Source of the DNA: Octopus sinensis
Lineage: Eukaryota
Length of the DNA: 64,000 nucleotides
Reading direction: 5' to 3'
Assembly (NCBI RefSeq): GCF_006345805.1
Contig: NC_043016.1
Location: 15,128,001 to 15,192,000, forward strand
Shown here piece after piece: positions 37,601 to 51,390 of the stretch. The notes beneath the pieces were generated by a model. The model saw only the letters and a program-made list of their open reading frames with translations, ran no database searches and was not told the origin of the DNA. A program made the position numbers and the translations under genes. Position 1 is the first letter of the stretch. Each line of letters opens with the position of its first letter.

Positions 37601-40600
37601 CTAACAATATTTAATTATAAAAGCATAATATGATTTTTCAAATACTGAATGGCTAGGGGGGAGGGGGAATCCATCTATGTAAAATAGGAACCAAAGGGGT
37701 TCTATAAGTCAAAAATGGTTGAGAAGCACTGATTAAATGGATTTGCAGATAACACGTACCATAGTTCAATTCATTCAGGAATTAAACAAGAACAACAGTT
37801 ACTTCAATGAAAATAAATCTTTAAAATCTCTTCTATCAGGGATGCAACCCCCCCCCACACCCCAAAAAAACTTGCACAAGAGCACTAAAATGAAAAGATA
37901 TCTCAAAGAAACAAATCCACAAAAGTTTATTCCTTATTCTTTTACTGGTTTTAGTGACTGGACTGGGTCATGCTGGAGCACTACTGTCCAAGGCATTTTT
38001 AAAAGTCCTCCGCACAGCTCATTTGTGTTGTGCCATAATTCACAAAACTGAGATACGATAATTTAGTTGGGTGCAAAATATTTTGTTTTCTCAAGACAGC
38101 TACATCCACATCAATGTAAGAAATATAAAGTCTATTATATTCTTGCTTCAAAAGTTTTGGTGACCATATAACCAAACATTTTTGCATTTCAATGAGAATT
38201 TTAAACCTTAAAAACAAAATGTTTAGAACAATACCTCTCTGCTTTTCTGATCTTCTCCTCCTCCTCATCCTCCTCCTCTTCATCCTCTTCTTCACTTCCT
38301 TCTTCAGATGATTCGGAAGACTCCTCTGATACATCATCAGTGTCTTCTTCAGTGCTCTCTTCACTACCATCATCATCATCATCGTCATCATCTTCATCAT
38401 CATCGTCGTCGTCGTCGTCATCTGAAGCTACAAATTTTGATAGAATATAGTAGAATACCATCAACAACTGTACTGTAAACCATAACAAAAATATAAACTG
38501 CAATATTTTATCAAAATTTCAAACCTAAAAATCAGGCACCACATCATACTCAGAAACAAAGTTATTTTCCTCATTTCCTAATGCATGGTCATCCATGTAA
38601 AGCGAAAGTAAGTTATAATTTTGTTCAAGCTGTTAAATTACAAAGAGTTTAAAATCACTATCATAATCACTATAATAATAATAATAATAATAGAAATATT
38701 AAAATTACTAAGTCTCTCTAAAGGAGATTACAGCAGCGTTACTGGATATTAATAGTTATCGCCATACTAATATGGTAGTCTATAAATATAAGACTAAAGC
38801 TGTCGCTGATTAGCTCTAAGAGGCCATCGCCTCTAGCTAGCTATTTGACACACGAACCTGCGTCCATTACAATAATAATAATAATAGTTACCTTTTCTTA
38901 AGATTGTGATAATACAATGTAAGAAACCACATCAGTCACTTAGTACTATAGGTCTATACAAGATACATTCTTGAGACGAATACCATAGTTGTGCAGCTTT
39001 CTACAGTATATCCATGTCAAGTATGATGTACAGAATGCTATTCTGAACCAATACTTCTTTCGCCATCAATGACAAATTTTTGCCCAGCCCACCAGCTATT
39101 TGCAGTACCAGTGATTTGTTAATCATTGTTTTTCTATATCAATAGAAACTAAATTTGTCTAAACAGGTGGTTGCTCATGGATGCTTGCTACTGATGATAT
39201 GCAAGTACACAGAAATCCAGATTTAGCAATCCCACTGCATAATTTCCATCTACTACTGATATGTTATTTTGCTGTGTAGCACTTTACATCTATATGAGGT
39301 GTTTCCTCAAGAAGAATACTGCAGCTGTGTGGTTTTCTACCAGATATCCATGTTAAGATAGATAGAATGCTATTTTGAAATAACATTTTTTTCCATCACT
39401 AATAACAAAACATCAAAAAGATGCAGAAGCAAAATGTAAAACTGATATGAAAACAATGAAAGGCTGGCATGTATGGAAAAAGTTATGAAAGTAAATGGTT
39501 TCAGCTGACTTGATTTAAGATGAGGTTCTTATAGCAGGGTTTGTAGAAGATTTAAAAAATTCCACATGTAGAAACAAAACTTAGAATTAAAAGATCTCAA
39601 GGTAAACTTATCATAAAATAAGGTTTTAGTAAGAAGACAGTCAGGGAAATTGTTGAGCTCAATCTGCAGAAAAAGAGTAGAGAAAAAGTATGCCCTACAT
39701 GATCTATAGATGCACAGAGCTATAGGGAAATCAAAGGCAGGGTGACAGTGGATAAAGACTTTGCCCGTGGTTGATATACAGAAGTGAGGCCTCAGAGAAG
39801 CAGTAAAGTGAATTCTTTGCAAGGCTTAGAGAGCTTCTATAGTGGTGAGAAGGTATACGGAAAGCAGAGTTACAAGAATAAGAGATAATACCTTTGAACA
39901 AAAGATAGATTGTAAGATGAAGTGTAATGTTGCTTAGTAGTGAGATATGGGAGTGAATGCTGATGCCCGGAACTTAGAAAGGAACGAGGCAGACATCATT
40001 CACTAAATATGTAATGTTGCTGTGCATCAATACCAAGGAATAAATGAAATGATGTGACAACTTCACTGGTATGGACATGTAATGTGTACGGATGGTGAGA
40101 GGTGGGTGCAAAAGTGCAACGAGATTCATGTGGAAGGACCCCGTAGAAGAGGAAAACCAATGAAGACATAAACAGAAGTGGTGAGTGCAGATCCCAGAAA
40201 GCTGAACCTCACAAAAGGATGTGTTGGGATAGAGTGATGGAGAGGACTAGCTCGACCAATAAAAACATTGAAAAAAGGAAAATTATAATCTTCCTCTTTA
40301 TCCTCAGGGAGGAGGAGGAGCTGCCATTGATGATCCTTTCAAACAAATTATAGAATATTTATAGAATATCCTTACCATCGGATTTCTCATCTTCACTTGC
40401 AGATTCTTCACCACTGCCAAAATGCTTCTTTTTCAATAGAGATTGACAAACAACATTATTATCCTCATCTGAAAGAAAAGATGCAAACATTTTTTGCAAT
40501 TGTAGATTTACAATTAAATATTTTTTATGCTAAAAATACAGCAATTGTATCTTCCAGCTTAGAAAAGAACAATATTAAATCCTAAATGTCCCACATAGTA

Positions 40601-43600
40601 GTTTCCCTATTTGGTTTACTATTAATGCTTGTACCACTTTTTATATTTGCCTCTTTGTTGATTCAACTAAAAGCAGGCTCACACCATTACATTTGGCTTT
40701 CAAAAACTCCCCTCAGTTATGCTACACCTCCTTCCTTTTTGTTGTTAGTCAGAACAAGTACAGGATGTCTTTTGACAAAATAAAGTCTCAATTCATCATG
40801 GTTTCTATTCTGAATTATTTAATGGGTCTTATTCTTACAACAATAAAAATAAAAATCCTCTAGGCTCTGTGTATTTTCAAGGTAAGTAAAACATAACATT
40901 TACTTTTATCTTGGTACAACTCTTCTCCATATTTTTTTTCCTCTTCTTCCATGGACAGCCAGATATCTCCTATAATTTGAACTGCTTCCCTATTCCATAT
41001 GTGGCTTTGTTCATAGAATTTCTAAGAAGTTTCCAAACACCTTCAGTTTAAGGAGGCAACCTCTATGGCTATTTTGAAGTTGACTTTTACTAAATCATTT
41101 TCCAATTTTTCCTTTTGCTAGTTCTTGAAACCTGGGTTCTAACTTTAATTCATTAGTAAATGAACTAAGCTAGAATCCAGGTAAGATTTTATTTCCATGT
41201 TTATCTTATAACAAAGGACGGACACTACAAATAATGAATTTGAATTCTTTAGATTCTCTAGTAGTAGTTGTAGATTCAAAGTGTTGGCAGTCTTCCATTT
41301 GTATCTTCTTGAACTCATATCAATATGTAATCAATAGCAACCTCGTCAATGATGTTTCAAAATGGTGAGGTCAATGGCACATCATTTTCTATTCAAAATG
41401 ACTAAAAAACACCATTTTTGTGAAATTAAAAGAATTTACTAAATCTCTTGTTAAACCAAAGGATGTTCCTAACGTCATTCAACACATTTGTTCACATTCA
41501 AGAATTATTCCTTTGACAGGAGTGCCAAACAGCTGAAATTCATAGATTATATGCACAGGTATGGCTGTGAGGTAATAGGTTTGCTTCCCAACCACATGGT
41601 TCCAGGTTCAGTCCCACTGCATGGCAACTTGGTCAAGTGTCTTCTACAATAGCACCAGGTCAACCAAAGCCTTGTGAGTAGATTTAGTTTACAAAAACTG
41701 AAAAAAGCCTGTCATGTGTCTGTCTCCCACCATTACCCCTCCCCGCCGTCAAAGGACAGGGGGAACTTTTTGTTGCAAATAGACTCATGTAGAAAAGCAA
41801 TTAATACCAACCAGTGCGAAACTCTACTAGTCCTTAAAGACAAACTTCCTATTTTAAAGTGATCCAAATTATAAAAAAAAAACATCCACTAAAATTTCAT
41901 ATTAGTTTATATTTCAAACACCAGCTTAATTATTTTTCCCAAAATTGATTATTTTCAAAATTAATTGAAATCTCAGGGCAGTGTTATCTGAAACACGGTA
42001 AGAAAATGGGCAAAATATTTAAAGATTAAATGGTTTTACCAGAATCATCTTCAGCATTCGATGCAAATGATTCAGCTGCTTTACTGTCTTCATCATCAGG
42101 AGGTGGTGGAGATGGTGGGCGGAACACTTTTTTCTGTTGGAAGCAGAAACAGGACATCAAATTGCATCATTAATAAAAAGAAAACTACAAAGAAAGAATC
42201 TGTCAAGACATGCAAGGTTTCATCAGAGGAGAGTATGAAGAATGCCAGGGCATCCTACACAATTGCAGTGTTTGACAATTTTTCCATGAAAGAAAATACT
42301 TGATAACCCTGGGCCTCATGGAGGGAATGACAAAGGACTAGAATCATTGGAAATTAGATATCTTCGAATACTGCTCTCCTTTTGTTACCACTTAATGTTT
42401 TCTTGCTTATCCATTAATATTGTCCTCTCTGCCCACATGTTACGCTGATCATGCCTCTTCTTTATGAACAAACAAATTATCTCCCCTCATGCACAATGTC
42501 TGCCTCTCCTCCCACTACTCATCCAGCCACCCGTCATCTCTCTCCTCTCTCTTGTATTCTCCCTGTCAACTGTATCAACTTAACTATCCTGCTGCTCTCA
42601 CCCCCACTTCTCTTCTGCATCCCTCTACCTCCTCTAACTCATCATTCATTATCCATCACCCCTTATCTACCCACCTTACATCCACACATCAACAACCTAT
42701 CCTATACTCCCTTCACCCATTTCCCCTATCTCTTGCACCTCCCAGACCCACACCTACTTCCACTGTTCCCCCCACCGCTCACTTCTTCTCATCTCATACC
42801 TCCAAGGGACACCTCACCACCACTATTTATTTCTTTGCAGCCCTCTCTCTCTCTCTCTCTCTCTTCTGAGTGTGAGTAGCTAAGTACCTCGTCTCCAACA
42901 AGAACCTCCTGGTCTGCTCCCACTCCATACTTTTCTAACTCTTCATCTCCTAGCATAAAGCTGATACCCACCTTCTCGGAATTTCAAGTTTTGCATGTTA
43001 TTTGGCAACCTCACTAGTGTTGGTGCCATAATAAAAAAGCACCCAGCACATGCTGTAAAGTGAATAACAGTAGAAAGATCATCCAACTACAGAAATAATG
43101 CCAAAGCAGATTCTGGAGCATGATGCATTCCTTGGGGCCACCCTATGCTGTGAGACCATCCAAACCATGCCAGCATGAAACATGGATGTTAAATGATATC
43201 AATAATATAATGACGATCCGATAATTTAGATTTCTCAAAAAATGCTCTATTTTCAAATTGACCTCAATTTTGATTATTTTGAAAAAAATAACTTGTAATT
43301 TTAATTTACCTGTAAGGTGACAAATTCTGCTAATGTATAGTGATTCTTTTCATCTCTATGGCACATATTCTTCATTTAGTAGTTTTCTTCAAACATTTTA
43401 ACAAATTCCAGTATTTTATACTATTTTACTATTATGTGTACTTGTCTATATGTATTCAAAATTAGTTAGAAATTCAATATGTACAATTTTCCTTTGATGT
43501 TCTATACTACAATTATGTTTCTTTTCTTATTTGTTTTGAATACCAGGCTAGTAACTCATTTTACATAATGATACCTAAATGAAACTAAAATAATATTACA

Positions 43601-46441
43601 TTTCACTAAGTTCGCAATTGTAATAAAAGTAACCTTGAAATAATTTCTTCATAGATTTATATAAAAACTCTTAAATGAATTCCAAATATTAATAAATGTA
43701 AGAAGTTTTAGTTGTTATACAGAACAAGTTTGGATTCACAATTACTTTCAAATTTAACTGAACAGAAATATAGCAAGCAACATATTCTGACAGGAAATTC
43801 TCATCCTAAGAATTAATAAGGCAGTTATTCAAAGAAACCATTTCACACTCAAGACTAGGTCTTTTGTTGAATAGGAACTATGTGTATAAAACACCTATTT
43901 TAGCAGACAATGCCATCCATTCTAGTACATGATATCATGTTTGTTTTGTGGGTTCTTACTGCTTGCAATAGCATTTGTCTTGTAATATTTAACTTCCAGG
44001 AAAGGTGGTGAGCTGGCAGAAATGATAGCATGCTGGGTGAAATGCTTAGCTGTATTTTGTCAGTCTTTACATTCTGAGTTCAAATTCCACTGAAGTCGAC
44101 TTTGCCTTTCATCCTTTCGGGGTCAATAATTTAAGTACCAGTTGCATACTGGGATTGATCTAATTGACTGGCCCCCTCCCCCAAAATTTCCGGCCTTGTG
44201 CCTAGAGTAGAAAAGAATATTTAACTTCCAGGAAGTTATATTTTATTCTGAATATGGCAACACTGGGTTTTGGAAAGGAAAATATTCATTCACTCCACAC
44301 TTAGCACTTCTGAGAACTCGGATGTGTGTACACATCAATGAATCTGGATAAACTGAGTAAAGAAGGCAATAAAAGTTCAAATATCAGTGAAAGTAAATGG
44401 TTGCAAACAAAACATTATCACACTAAGTGTGAGCATGTTTGTTAGAAGAGAACTATGGGCAAGAAAGTGAAGACAAAAATGTTTTTTGGGAAATGTCAAA
44501 AGAAACTTGTTCATTTGTCAAATTTTAATAAACTATAAAGTAAATTAAAATCTCAGAAAATATGGCTCAAATAAGAAATTATACAAAATAAGGATACAAC
44601 TGTAAGTGAAATACGTTGTTTGCACAAGAAAATCAGTGGAAAGGAAGTAAAACAGGATTTCCAAAAGAAACTATTTTTTGAAAACAATACCAAAACTGTC
44701 TAGATGTGCATCATCATCATCATCATCATCATCATCGTTTAACGTCCGTTCTCCATGCTAGCATGGGTTGGACGGTTCGACCGGGGATCTGGGAAGCCAG
44801 AAGGCTGCACCAGGCTCCGGTCTTATCTGGCAACGTTTCTACAGCTGGATGCCCTTCCTAATGCCAACCACTCCATGAGTGTAGTGGGTGCTTTTTACGT
44901 GCTACCTGCACTGTAAAGTAAATTTATGTTAAAAGAAAAGAATTATGTATTGCTATGAAATATACTAATGCCTTGATTCAGCAGCCATACTTTCAACTGT
45001 GTATCAAAAAAAAGCTTCAGTCACTGTTTAAAATATATAAAACAAAACCGAGTATTTTACAATGCTTGTCATCTAGTTAAGATCAGTGTTTCTCGACCAT
45101 TGTGTTTTCTACGGGTCCCATTGGTTCCTATTTTACTAAGATGAACCCTTCCAGCTATTTGATGTTTAAAAAAATCCCATCATATTTTTACAATCAAATA
45201 TTATTAGAAATTGTATTAAAAAAAAAACTGTTAAAAATATTTTGTGAATTGTAGAAGTAAAACCAAATCTTAAAAAAACCAAATCTTATATGGACCCTGG
45301 TTGAGAAGCACTGAGTTATATTCAGTAACGATATTACTAGGTGTTCCACCAGTAAGTGCTCTGACGCCAGCATGGAAGGTAGACATTAAACGATGACAAC
45401 GATGTCCAAATACCGTTGTTCCATCATCGTCACCATTATCAGCACAAATCAGAAATTAAAAGAGAACTTATGCACGCACGCACACGCACAGTTTACTCAT
45501 AGGAGTTCTAAAATTAACCAAATCCAGAATGTATAGATTTTTTTTCTAAAAATGTTCTGAATGATGTAGTATATAATCAAAAAGTGTAATTATTTGCAAT
45601 AATATTGAGAACAAATTAAGAAAAGAGAACCAATTTACCTTAAAAGAGGGCATTCTAGGCATCACACCTCGGATTCCAAGGAATCCACCACCGTGAGTAC
45701 CATTGTAATGTCCTTCAAATCCTCCATCTTGTCGCCAGGGATGTTGTGTTTCAAATAAAGATGCTAATGCTGAATTAACTTCATTCTTTGAAGAAACTTG
45801 ATTAGCCGTCTGTGGTAAATTATTTGGTTTTGTGTTTTTAACAGGAGAATCTTTAATTAAAGGTACCTTCTCGTTTTGGTTATTTTCTTTCTGAAACTAA
45901 AATATACCAGAAAAATAAGTGGGGATCTTATTCTAATCAAATACTCTGAATAAAAAAATACAAAAGTGAAACCAGAACAAATCCTGGTCAAATCTGGAAG
46001 AGAATATTTTTAAAATAAGGCAAAAGACATTAGATAAGGTAAGAAATGTGTTGTAATTCTAGCCATTTAATATTTAAACTGGCCCAAATATTCTATCTAT
46101 TTCATGTTCAAATTGACCAGATCTATCCCCTCACACCTACCCTACAATGTCATTCTAAAAATAAACAACCACATCATCAAAATCTCAAAGTTATGATATA
46201 ATTCATGATTAATTAAAAACATCATTATCATCAATCAATGTGAATAAATAAGCATTACATTTGACCAAGTAATCTGAATGTTGATGGGTCAAGTTTAACT
46301 GAAGACAAAACATTACCTGCCAACTAACAATTTTATAAGCGTTTTCACAGAAGATTGGAAAAAAAAATGATGTCACTTGTATCACAGTGACATTCATTTA
46401 CAACAATCACATGATGTCAAGATAAGGATACACCAACTGAT

Positions 46442-46488
<47 letters not shown>

Positions 46489-47080
46489 CACAAATTTAAA
46501 ATAAGGGTGAAAAATTGAATATTAATTTGATTAATATCAATTTAAAACCAGTGGTCTAGCACACAGAAAAATCTGAAGATTCAGAAAAATTATATTACAA
46601 ACATTTAAATTAATATTCAATTTTTCATCCATAATATTTTAAATTTAAATAAACATGTTCTCTAAATGGCAAAATTCACTGCAGAGAATTATTTTCTGCA
46701 GAATTATTTCCAGTATTCTGGCGTGCCAAAATGAAGACTTTTGAAATATAACCCCAAATGTAAAAGGTAGAACTATATACATGTTCAATCTCATGTGGAC
46801 ATCTTGTGTATACTTCTGCAAAAGATATTTTGCTTTGATGATTACACTGACGAGTTGTGGACATCTACGTAATTAATTACACAAGTGGTAACAACGAAAC
46901 CGGGTTTGTGGTTAATCTGTATATTTTGTATCTTTTCATGTCTTGCTCGCTTTACGTTCTGGTGTTTGGTAAATTTTCTTGAGAACATTCCTTTCTTAGT
47001 GGCAAGACCATAGGGGGTCGACTTCTAGCATAATGGATGTCCACTTAGTGGTCATCCATCTTATATATATGTTATATATG

Positions 47081-47117
<37 letters not shown>

Positions 47118-47125
47118 ATACATAC

Positions 47126-47184
<59 letters not shown>

Positions 47185-47477
47185 GAAGCACAATGGCCCA
47201 GTGGTTAGGGCAGCAGATTCGTGGTTGTAGGATCGCGGTTTCAATTCCCAGACCAGGCGTTGTGTGTGTTTATTGAGCAAAAACACCTAAAAAGCTCCAC
47301 GAGGCTCCGGCAGGGGGTGGTGATCCCTGCTGTACTCTTTCACCACTCTTTCTTCTGTTGGCCTGCTCGCTTAGCCGGCGGGGTGGCGTCATTCGAAGGC
47401 TAAAACAGTGCAAACGCATTGTGACCAGCGATGTGTAGCAACATCTGATGGTCTGGTCAGTCACGTGATCACGTGAT

Positions 47478-47535
<58 letters not shown>

Positions 47536-50500
47536 AGCTTCTTTCAAGTTTTGTCTACCAAAATCTACTGACAAAGCTTTAGTGAGCGCAGACCAGTGCC
47601 ATAGAAGACACTCACCCAAGGTGTTGTGCATTGGGACTGAACCTGAGTCCACATGGTTAGGAAGCAAGATTTTTAACCACAAAGTTACACATGCGTCTAT
47701 AATATCAAAAAGAAAAAGAAAATTTTAAAAAAAAAATGGAAGTTCTTTCTTTTCTCAATTCCTGCCAGCATTTTGCACAATTTATAAATTTAGTGATTAA
47801 ACCATTTTGTATAACAGTTTGTATGCTTAATGATCTGTTATAACTTATTACAACTTTTGTGTGAACCCACATTTATTATTATTAACAATATTACTTGCAT
47901 TAGCAGAAGTACTTCAATAAGCAAAAATATAGCTGTCATCTTCCTCCTTGCATCCAACAGTTCATATTGAACCAATCAATTCATTTCTATCCAATAGAAA
48001 TACTGTTCTTGCATTTAACATATAAAGCATGATGGGCCATGATTGTGGCCGTCAGGCATAGGTCGACAGGCCATAATTGTAGCCGTCAACAGGCCATGAT
48101 CATGGCCCAGATAAATGCATTTAATTTATGGGCATTTGTTGGGGTCTAATGTCACTCAAATGCTCCGATACTCAAATGCACCCCAAATCCAAAAGAACTA
48201 ATAGTTCAACTAATGACTTTTCAGATGATCTAAAACTTGCCACCATTATATACTAAGAAGATATTTTAACTATTTTGTATGTGTGCATGGTAGTCTCATC
48301 TTCATAAAATTTGCTCAGCAGCTCATGCTATGTAAGAGCAAATCCCAGTGCTTTATGGGTTAATGCCAAAACCTCACTATTATGCAGCAGCTTCTTTATA
48401 AATACCACAAATACAAATTATTTTTTCCCTTTATTTTTTATACTCTTCAGAAAAAGGACTTAAAAGAAGTTCTAAGTCTTAAAGAGAAAAAGATTGACCC
48501 CTTTGTAGGAAACACTGGCCATTCCTTGAACTTCCTCATTCTACATACAGTATCTACATTACAACCACAAACTGAGTGAAATTCTTTGGTTTTGCCTTCT
48601 TAGAAATAACAGCCACATTCCTTCACATTACACGTCTTTAAAAAAAAGTATAGGCACATTAGACAATAGGTCACAGGCAAACAAAGGATAGGATGCCATG
48701 TATCAAATGCCTTTGCTTACAGGTCTACTCAAACAGGGTTAACCTCGGGCTAAACAACAAAAACAACGCTACAATCATGAACTAATTATACCCTACTGTT
48801 TTGAGATAAGTTGTCCTGGGTAAATGTTTGGGAGGAATTTAGGAAGGTCAGAGCTGAAATGCTTTTCATGCTAGGTTTGCTGAAACAGGGCACTACAATT
48901 CTCAACTTAAAATATGAGACACAAGATAGAAACTTTAGTGAATGTTGAACAACTTCATCAGGATAAAATTTAATTCAGGGTCATGCCTTCTAAATGTAAC
49001 AGTTTAAATGATAACTAGACCGGTCAAACGGATTTTGATAAAAATTGGCAGTTAAGACTTTTAAGATGAAACCAAAGAAGCTGTTGAAGTGTAGTTCACA
49101 CGATGCATCAAAATGGAAATGAAAAGGAAAATAGTTATCAAATTAGGGAGCTCTTGGAAAACTCTGATACCAAGTTACCATTTCCTATTACTTGTGAAAA
49201 ATTTCTTTAAAATGTTAAAATGTGAATATTACAAACAATGGTTGATATTTAGTTTCTTTTATTCTTTCATTTGTTTCAGTCATTTGACTGTGGCCATGCT
49301 GGAGCACTGCCTTTTAGTCGAGCAAATCAACCCTAGGACTTATTCTTCGTAAGCCTAGTACTTATTCTATCGGCTCCTTTTGCCAAACTGCTAAGTTTCA
49401 GGGATGTAAACACACCAGCATCGGTTGTCAAGCAATGTTGGAGGGACAAACACAGATGCACAAACATACACACACACACACACACACATGTACAACATGC
49501 TTCTTTCAGTTTCCCTCTACCAAATACACTCACAAGGCTTTGGTCAGACCAAGGCTATAGTAGAAGACACAGTGGGACTGAACCCAGAACCATGTGGTTA
49601 GTATGCAAGCTACTTACCATACAGCCACTCCTGATATTCAAAATAAGAATAATTATTTAATAAGGATCTTAAAAAGAAAGAAATATTACCATTATTAATA
49701 CAAAATAAATGAAAGGAAAAGTTGTAATGCCAGAACATACCTTGCTCTTTTGCTCTTCTGCATCCCACCATTTTTCAAAGGATTTGAAAGCAGAATTTTC
49801 AACCATTTTTTTGCAAAGATCTTTCTGCATAACTTCTTTTAGCTGTCGTACGAAACTGTCCAAGACAAAAAGGAAAGTTTTATCATTAGGATCTTTTTCT
49901 TCATCTGATTGTGTTTCTTCATTGGTAGTTCCACTTCCTTTGGTGCTTGTACCATTCTGTAATGTTGTAGAATCACCAAGACTCTGGTTTAGGAAGTTTA
50001 CAGGCACAACACTATTTTGGATGTGGGCAGTATAGCTTTGATTGTAATTACTGCCAGTGGATTCAGAGCGGCTTGGAGTGTTTAGGTAATTACCAAATGA
50101 ATAAGAATTTGCAAAACTCCATGGTGCTATACTTGGAGGTGGACGTGAAAAGTCAGTTATGAGTGGAACAGGTGGAGCAGCACCTGATGTCTGTGTGCTA
50201 GGTATTGATTGAAAGTTATTGGCAGTAAATTTACCATCATTATTTGGTATTTGAACATTTACTTCTAATTTTTCATCTCCACTACTAATTGATGATAAAC
50301 TCATGCGATCATCATCATCATCATCATTCTCATCCCCTTCGTCATCCTCTTCCTCCACCTCTTCTTTTTCTTCTTTTGCATTATTATTCTCAATGTCCAT
50401 ATGTGTGTCTTCAATATTACTTTTAACATTTGGAACACAGCTGTCTTCAACCAAAACTTTTGTATGAAAGGGTGATTCAGCACTAGAAAATGTTTTTGAT

Positions 50501-51355
50501 TGATTAATATTACTAAAATCAGTTGACACAGCAATTTCAGGTTCAAATAACTTATCCCCAACTTCGGATATATATCGTGCTGTGACGTTATTTGAAGGAA
50601 TACTACTAGAACTAGTACTGTCTGCAGGGGCCACTTTATCAATTTTTTGTTGTTCATAATTAGTCAAAGACAAAGAGGTAAAGCAATTATTTTTAGTTTC
50701 AAATCGTTTGTTCTTGTTAGACATCTCTTTGGAGAATTCGGTCCATTCAGATGTATCAGTTTTGGAAGTTACAGAATGCTTGCTCTCCTCTTCAGATGGT
50801 AATTTAGGAACTTGTTTTGTATGGCTGTTGTTATTTACAGTATTATTACGTGAGGGGACAGAATGCTGCTGATTAGAACAGTATCGTGAATCAATACTGG
50901 GGGGTGTACTTGCTTCATCTCTCGATAGTGGCGTAGATGGAGGACTGGAATGGTCTTTAGATCGACTTGAATCTGTTGGGCTGCCTAAACCCCCAAGTCC
51001 GAAGATACTTAGTAAACGTGAATCTAAACTTTGATTACGTGGTTCCTCAGCTTCTGGTGTTTTGGGACGATTCCGATGGTCTTTCTCTCGTTGCTTTTCT
51101 CGAATGTCTCTGTTTGAATCTGTCCAATCTTTAACACTTTCACGCTCAGACTCCCAGCGCTGTTGCGAGAAAGATGAACTTAATTTGTCTTTATACTCAT
51201 CTTTTCTCTCTGTATATGAATGAGATCGTGAGGAACTTTCTGTTTGTGACTGTGTTGCTTCGGATGACAAACAAGGATGCCCACTTTCATAATGTGTCTG
51301 TTGTGGCTGTGGTGGTTGTGGTGGCTGTGGTGGCTGTGGTGGCTGTGGTGGTGGT

Positions 51356-51390
<35 letters not shown>

